In this document: piece after piece, positions 6,585 through 10,386 of the stretch
Position numbering within the stretch: position 1 is the first letter of the stretch
How the letters are laid out: every line of letters starts with the position of its first letter
Assembly (NCBI GenBank): GCA_031364845.1
Contig: JANLWX010000063.1
Span: 1 to 10,386, forward strand
Source of the DNA: Candidatus Eiseniibacteriota bacterium
GTDB taxonomy: Bacteria > Eisenbacteria > RBG-16-71-46
Reading direction: 5' to 3'
DNA: 10,386 nucleotides
Program-made: the position numbers and the translations under genes
Notes under the pieces: model-generated
What the model was told of the DNA's origin: nothing
The model's database searches: none
Seen by the model: only the letters and a program-made list of their open reading frames with translations

Positions 6585-7852
6585 TCCTCGCGCTGGTCGC
6601 GACCGGCTGCAGCCGGCGCGATCGCGCGAATCCGTTCGACCCCGGCAACCCGAGCACGCGCGGACGCCCGGCCGGATTCGTAGCACTCGCCGGGAACTCG
6701 AATATCGTTCTGCGCTGGCAGCGCCTCGATGCCGGGCAGCTCGGCTATCGACTCGCGCGGCGTGCTGAAGGCGACTCGCTGTTCCGCGTGCTCGCCGAGC
6801 GGCTGCCCGCCACCAGCACCAGCTATGGCGACTTCGGCCTCTTGAACGGCAAGCGTCACGAGTACCGGCTGTCGTTCGTGTTCGAAGCCGGACCCGCGCC
6901 CGCCTACGCCGAGGACTACGGCATTCCCGGACCGCTGCGGCCATGGGTCACCGCGTATGGATCGGGTGAGCTGCTGCGGCTTACCGCGGACGGACGTCGC
7001 GTGCTGTCGTCCGATCCGTTCTTCGTCAATCCGACCTCGGTCGCCGTCGATCCATCGCAAGGCCTGGTGTGGGTGTCCGATCCCTATTCGGGCATCGTCG
7101 TGCGCATCAATCCCGGCAACGGCGAGCGCTTGATCGTGAACGACCCTGCGCTCCCCGGCGCGATCGCGGTCGACCTCGTACGCCACACCGCGTGGGTGTG
7201 CGACGAGAGCCAGAGCGAAGTCGCGCAGTTCAAGATCGATGGCGAGCCTGGCACGCCGCGCGCCGTCGGCCCGCTGCAGTTGCCGCTCGCGGTCGCGATC
7301 GATCCGATCGATCAATCGGTGTGGGTGTGCGACAACTCTGCGCGCGCCGTGCGGCAGTTCAGCACGAGCGGCCTTCCCCGCTGGACGGCCAACGTGCCGC
7401 GTCCCTCGCGCATCGCGATCGATTCGCTGACGCGGATCGCATGGGTCACCTCGTTCGAGTCGGGCACGGTCCTGCGCGTGACCGCCAACGGCGCCGTGCT
7501 CGACACGCTGCGCGGCTTCTCCGGGCCGATCGGCATCGCCGTCGACACGCGCCGCGGGCGCGTGTGGATCGCGGACGCGATCGCCGGGACGATCGTGGCG
7601 ATGAATCGCGACGGAACGGTGGAGCGGCGCGTCTCCGGGTTCTCGGAAGTGCGAGAGCTGGCGGTGGATCTTTCGACCGGCAACGTGTGGGCGACCGTGC
7701 CGGGCGATGGGCGGGTCGTGGTGGTCTCACCCGCAGGCACGATCGTGACGCAGATCAGCGGGTTGTCGCAGCCGCACGCGATTGCGCTGGATCCGGGGGT
7801 TTCGTTCGACGTGGGCGCGGGTGGGGTGAATCGTCGCGCCCCTACGGAATGA
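6560..7852 (+). CDS. Lipoprotein with a fibronectin type III-like domain and a 7-bladed NHL/YncE-like beta-propeller, 430 aa
   Basis: Lipobox LVATG-C after a hydrophobic stretch, RDRANPFDPGNP linker, FN3-like segment (IVLRWQ...GYRLARR...SYGDFGLLNGKRHEYRL) and about 40-aa repeats of [IV]A[VI]D-x5-[VA]W[VI]: six complete copies plus a split blade (PWVT... / IALD). Confidence 0.85.
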   Translation: MRALAALLILALVATGCSRRDRANPFDPGNPSTRGRPAGFVALAGNSNIVLRWQRLDAGQLGYRLARRAEGDSLFRVLAERLPATSTSYGDFGLLNGKRHEYRLSFVFEAGPAPAYAEDYGIPGPLRPWVTAYGSGELLRLTADGRRVLSSDPFFVNPTSVAVDPSQGLVWVSDPYSGIVVRINPGNGERLIVNDPALPGAIAVDLVRHTAWVCDESQSEVAQFKIDGEPGTPRAVGPLQLPLAVAIDPIDQSVWVCDNSARAVRQFSTSGLPRWTANVPRPSRIAIDSLTRIAWVTSFESGTVLRVTANGAVLDTLRGFSGPIGIAVDTRRGRVWIADAIAGTIVAMNRDGTVERRVSGFSEVRELAVDLSTGNVWATVPGDGRVVVVSPAGTIVTQISGLSQPHAIALDPGVSFDVGAGGVNRRAPTE

Positions 7853-10172
7853 TCGCCACCCGCCGCGCTGACGCCTTCCCCGCTTCGACCAGCCGCAGCC
7901 AATAGACGCCCGGCTTCACTCCGCTCGCCGGACTGAACCGTACCGTGTGCCGTCCCGGTCCCGGCGCTCCGAGCGACTGTGTATGCACGCGCCGGCCGAG
8001 CAGATCGACCAGCTCCAGCGTCGCCGCCGTACTCCCGCGCAGTGCGAACTCCACCGCCAGCTCTCCGCGCGAAGGGTTCGGGCTCACGCGTTCGATCGCG
8101 GCTCCGGGCTGGAACGGCACCGGCAGCGGATCGCGCTCCAGCGCGTGGCGTGACATGACGACGTCGGGATCGCCCTCGCGGCCGTCCGCCCAGGCGACGG
8201 TGACGGCGTCGTCATTCGCAAACATCGCGATGTAGTCGCCCTGGTTGGGCGCGATCAGACTCGCGACACTCGTCCAGTCGGTCTGTGCGCTGCTCATCGC
8301 TCCGACTTCGTTCCACACGCGGCCGCCGTCGTCGGAACGCGCGAGGAATACGTTCGAAGACGCGCCGCACGTTGCGGCGACTTCGTCGCGCCAGTCGTAC
8401 CACGCGACGTATGCGCGTCCATTCGCGGCGACCGCGACCTCGGGCATCCAGTCGTCGAACAATGGACCGCTGTCGTTCACGCGAACCGGTGTCTCCCACG
8501 GTCCGCGCCGGCCGCGCGCGGCGATGAACACATCGCGATGATCGCGCGCGCGCTCGGGGCCGCCGGGCGCCACGAGCCCGGTGCGCAGACGATAGCCTCC
8601 GGTGCGTCCGCCGATGGGATCGAGTCGCAGAAAGTAGATGTCCGATCGCGGCAGCGTGAACACGAGCACGCGTGTGCGGCCCGGCCATACGGGCGCGCTG
8701 TACGCGAGCCGTGATTCGCCGTCGGAGCACATGAGCCGCGCGGCGACGTCGAGCGAGGTCGCGAGCGAATCGAGATAAAGAATGACGGTGGTGCTGTCCT
8801 CACCGAAGAACCGGTAGGTGTCGATGTCGTTCGCCGCGGTGATCGCGCCGCGCACGGTCTCGCCGATGTTGAACGGCGTGGCGATTTCCGTCCGCGAGTT
8901 CGGCTCGCGTTCGAAGCGAGGGTTCGAATCGCCCGGCGCATCGTCAAAGTAATCGAGCCCTTCGTTCCACGTCGCATACACGCGCCCGCGATAGGGACCG
9001 TTGCTGCGATCGACGGCGAGGCTCGGGAACACGATGCCGTAGCCGCGATTGAACCCGGGCGCGCCACTGCCGAAGTTTGAGTAGATCCCCGCGACGTCCT
9101 GTTCGATCCCGAAGCTCCCGCCGTAGTCGGTCGAGCTTCGCGAGCGGATCCAGTCGAGCCCGCCGCCCGCGAGCGAGGTGTCGACGGCGGTCCAGATCAC
9201 GTGCAGTTCGCCATCGGGTCCGACGGCGGGACGGGAACCTTGCACCAGGCCGAGATCCCGGCCGGACGACAACACCCGCGGCCGGTCCCACGAGCGATTG
9301 CCGTCGCGCGAGCGTTGATATTCGATCTGATCGATCTGCACCGGGCCCGCGCGATAGAACGCCGTGTAGGTCAGGTGCAGATAGCCGGTGGTCGAGTCGG
9401 CCGCGATCCACGGCTTGTCGGGAAGTGTGTCGCGCACGATGCGCGCGAGGACCGGCGTGTCCCACTCGAATTCGTCGTCATCGAAGCGCCCGCTCACCAC
9501 ACCGATCGCATTCTGCGCGCGCGGGGTGATCGCCATACCGGCGAGATAGAACACGCCGGTGCGTTCGTTCACGGTGACGACCGGATCGCTCACCCAGCGC
9601 GCGAGGTCGTCGTTGCCTTGCAGCGCGCCGCCGTCGGTCCACGTGACTCCGCCGTCGGCGGACCAGCCGTAGCCGAGGGCACCGCTTGCCCCGCTCTCGG
9701 CGTCATTCCAAGCCGCCACCAGGTTCGATCCGTGCGCCGCGATCGTGACCTCGGCCTGGGTCGAACCGCCGAGCCGATCGGACTCGCGGTCGTTCATGCG
9801 GTAGTTGGGTGACGCTTCGATGCGGGCGCCGCGCAGCGGACGCGCGCCTTCGCGCACACCCTGCGGTCCGCCCGCCTCGTCCGCGTCGCGCGCGCGCTTG
9901 AGGCTCGCGCCCTTCCCACGCGGCCCGAGGCCCGCGGTGCCGGGCGCCATGCGCTGGCGGCGCTCCCACGCGATCCGCAGCGCGGCGCGTTCGGTGAGTT
10001 TCGAGCGCGCGCCCGCGTGGATCAGGTCGTACTGGAGGCGCTTGAGATCGCGGAAGTAGTTCGCGGCGGCGGTCGTGGGCGGCGCGGGAGCGACGGCGGC
10101 CGCGGGAAGCGCCACCAGCATCGCTGCAAAACCGAGCGCGCATGCCGCGCGTCGGGCTGGCTCGTACGACAC
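7842..10172 (-). CDS. Secreted Asp-box (BNR/sialidase-like) beta-propeller protein with an inserted PPC-like domain and a C-terminal T9SS type A-like sorting domain, about 776 aa
   Basis: GTG at 10172 with GGAGG 6 nt upstream, followed by a signal peptide (RRAACALGFAAMLVALPAAA). Asp-boxes SADGGVTW, SRDGNRSW, STDYGGSF, SDDGGRVW; family motifs DKPWIAAD and GDYIAM; insert beginning EREPN...DIDTYRF; C-terminal VSPNPSRG...LELVDLLGRRV...PGVYWLRL...RRVAIIP. Substrate unknown. Confidence 0.82.
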   Translation of the reverse strand: MSYEPARRAACALGFAAMLVALPAAAVAPAPPTTAAANYFRDLKRLQYDLIHAGARSKLTERAALRIAWERRQRMAPGTAGLGPRGKGASLKRARDADEAGGPQGVREGARPLRGARIEASPNYRMNDRESDRLGGSTQAEVTIAAHGSNLVAAWNDAESGASGALGYGWSADGGVTWTDGGALQGNDDLARWVSDPVVTVNERTGVFYLAGMAITPRAQNAIGVVSGRFDDDEFEWDTPVLARIVRDTLPDKPWIAADSTTGYLHLTYTAFYRAGPVQIDQIEYQRSRDGNRSWDRPRVLSSGRDLGLVQGSRPAVGPDGELHVIWTAVDTSLAGGGLDWIRSRSSTDYGGSFGIEQDVAGIYSNFGSGAPGFNRGYGIVFPSLAVDRSNGPYRGRVYATWNEGLDYFDDAPGDSNPRFEREPNSRTEIATPFNIGETVRGAITAANDIDTYRFFGEDSTTVILYLDSLATSLDVAARLMCSDGESRLAYSAPVWPGRTRVLVFTLPRSDIYFLRLDPIGGRTGGYRLRTGLVAPGGPERARDHRDVFIAARGRRGPWETPVRVNDSGPLFDDWMPEVAVAANGRAYVAWYDWRDEVAATCGASSNVFLARSDDGGRVWNEVGAMSSAQTDWTSVASLIAPNQGDYIAMFANDDAVTVAWADGREGDPDVVMSRHALERDPLPVPFQPGAAIERVSPNPSRGELAVEFALRGSTAATLELVDLLGRRVHTQSLGAPGPGRHTVRFSPASGVKPGVYWLRLVEAGKASARRVAIIP

Positions 10173-10209
10173 GCCTACCCTCCGATCAATCCGCGGCTCA
10201 GGGAACCAC

Positions 10210-10386
10210 TCAAAAATTGAATGCGATGCTGAACTGCGTCTTGGGACGATCAGGATACGTCCGGAAGTCCCGCGTCGGCCAAACATAATTCCAGCGCAGC
10301 GCCGGATAGTAGCCGCCACCGATGTAGAAACCCGCGCCGAGGCTGCCGCCGTGCTCCTGCTCGCCGTCCTCCCACAGCCACGCGGC
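10210..10386 (-). CDS. 3' end (58 aa) of an outer-membrane beta-barrel protein, probably Omp85 (BamA/TamA) family; begins beyond the right edge
   Basis: Manual translation: AAWLWEDGEQEHGGSLGAGFYIGGGYYPALRWNYVWPTRDFRTYPDRPKTQFSIAFNF*, stop at 10210-10212. The pattern GSxGxG...LRxxYxWP...FSIxxxF with terminal Phe resembles the last strands and beta-signal of Omp85 barrels. Confidence 0.72.
   Translation of the reverse strand, partial: AAWLWEDGEQEHGGSLGAGFYIGGGYYPALRWNYVWPTRDFRTYPDRPKTQFSIAFNF

Noticed and set aside
10173..10319. Track's 49-aa N-terminal extension of the Asp-box protein
   Set aside because: It overlaps the 3' end of the Omp85-like gene; GGAGG-N6-GTG at 10172 directly precedes a signal peptide.

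Overview
High-GC bacterial chromosomal window with ten coding regions (two cut by the window edges) and no mobile element, RNA gene or CRISPR array that I can see. The left minus-strand block is a tightly packed probable operon: uvrC, xerD, a small outer-membrane beta-barrel, a beta-CASP metallo-beta-lactamase nuclease and a SNF2-family (YqhH/RapA-like) ATPase. The ATPase runs off the left edge and is missing from the supplied ORF track. It has an N-terminal segment resembling the UvrD/PcrA C-terminal Tudor-like RNA-polymerase-binding domain and an atypical DEEH Walker B motif. Divergently transcribed on the plus strand are rpsT (clear sigma70-like promoter), a small exported/membrane protein and a lipoprotein with a fibronectin-III-like domain and a 7-bladed propeller. 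Converging from the right are the 3' end of an Omp85/BamA-TamA-like barrel gene (also missing from the ORF track) and a secreted Asp-box propeller protein with an inserted PPC-like domain and a T9SS-type-A-like C-terminal domain. The organism is a diderm. High GC plus a T9SS-like CTD suggests an FCB-related lineage such as Ca. Eisenbacteria, but that is only inference. All family calls come from motif recognition by eye, with no database search.
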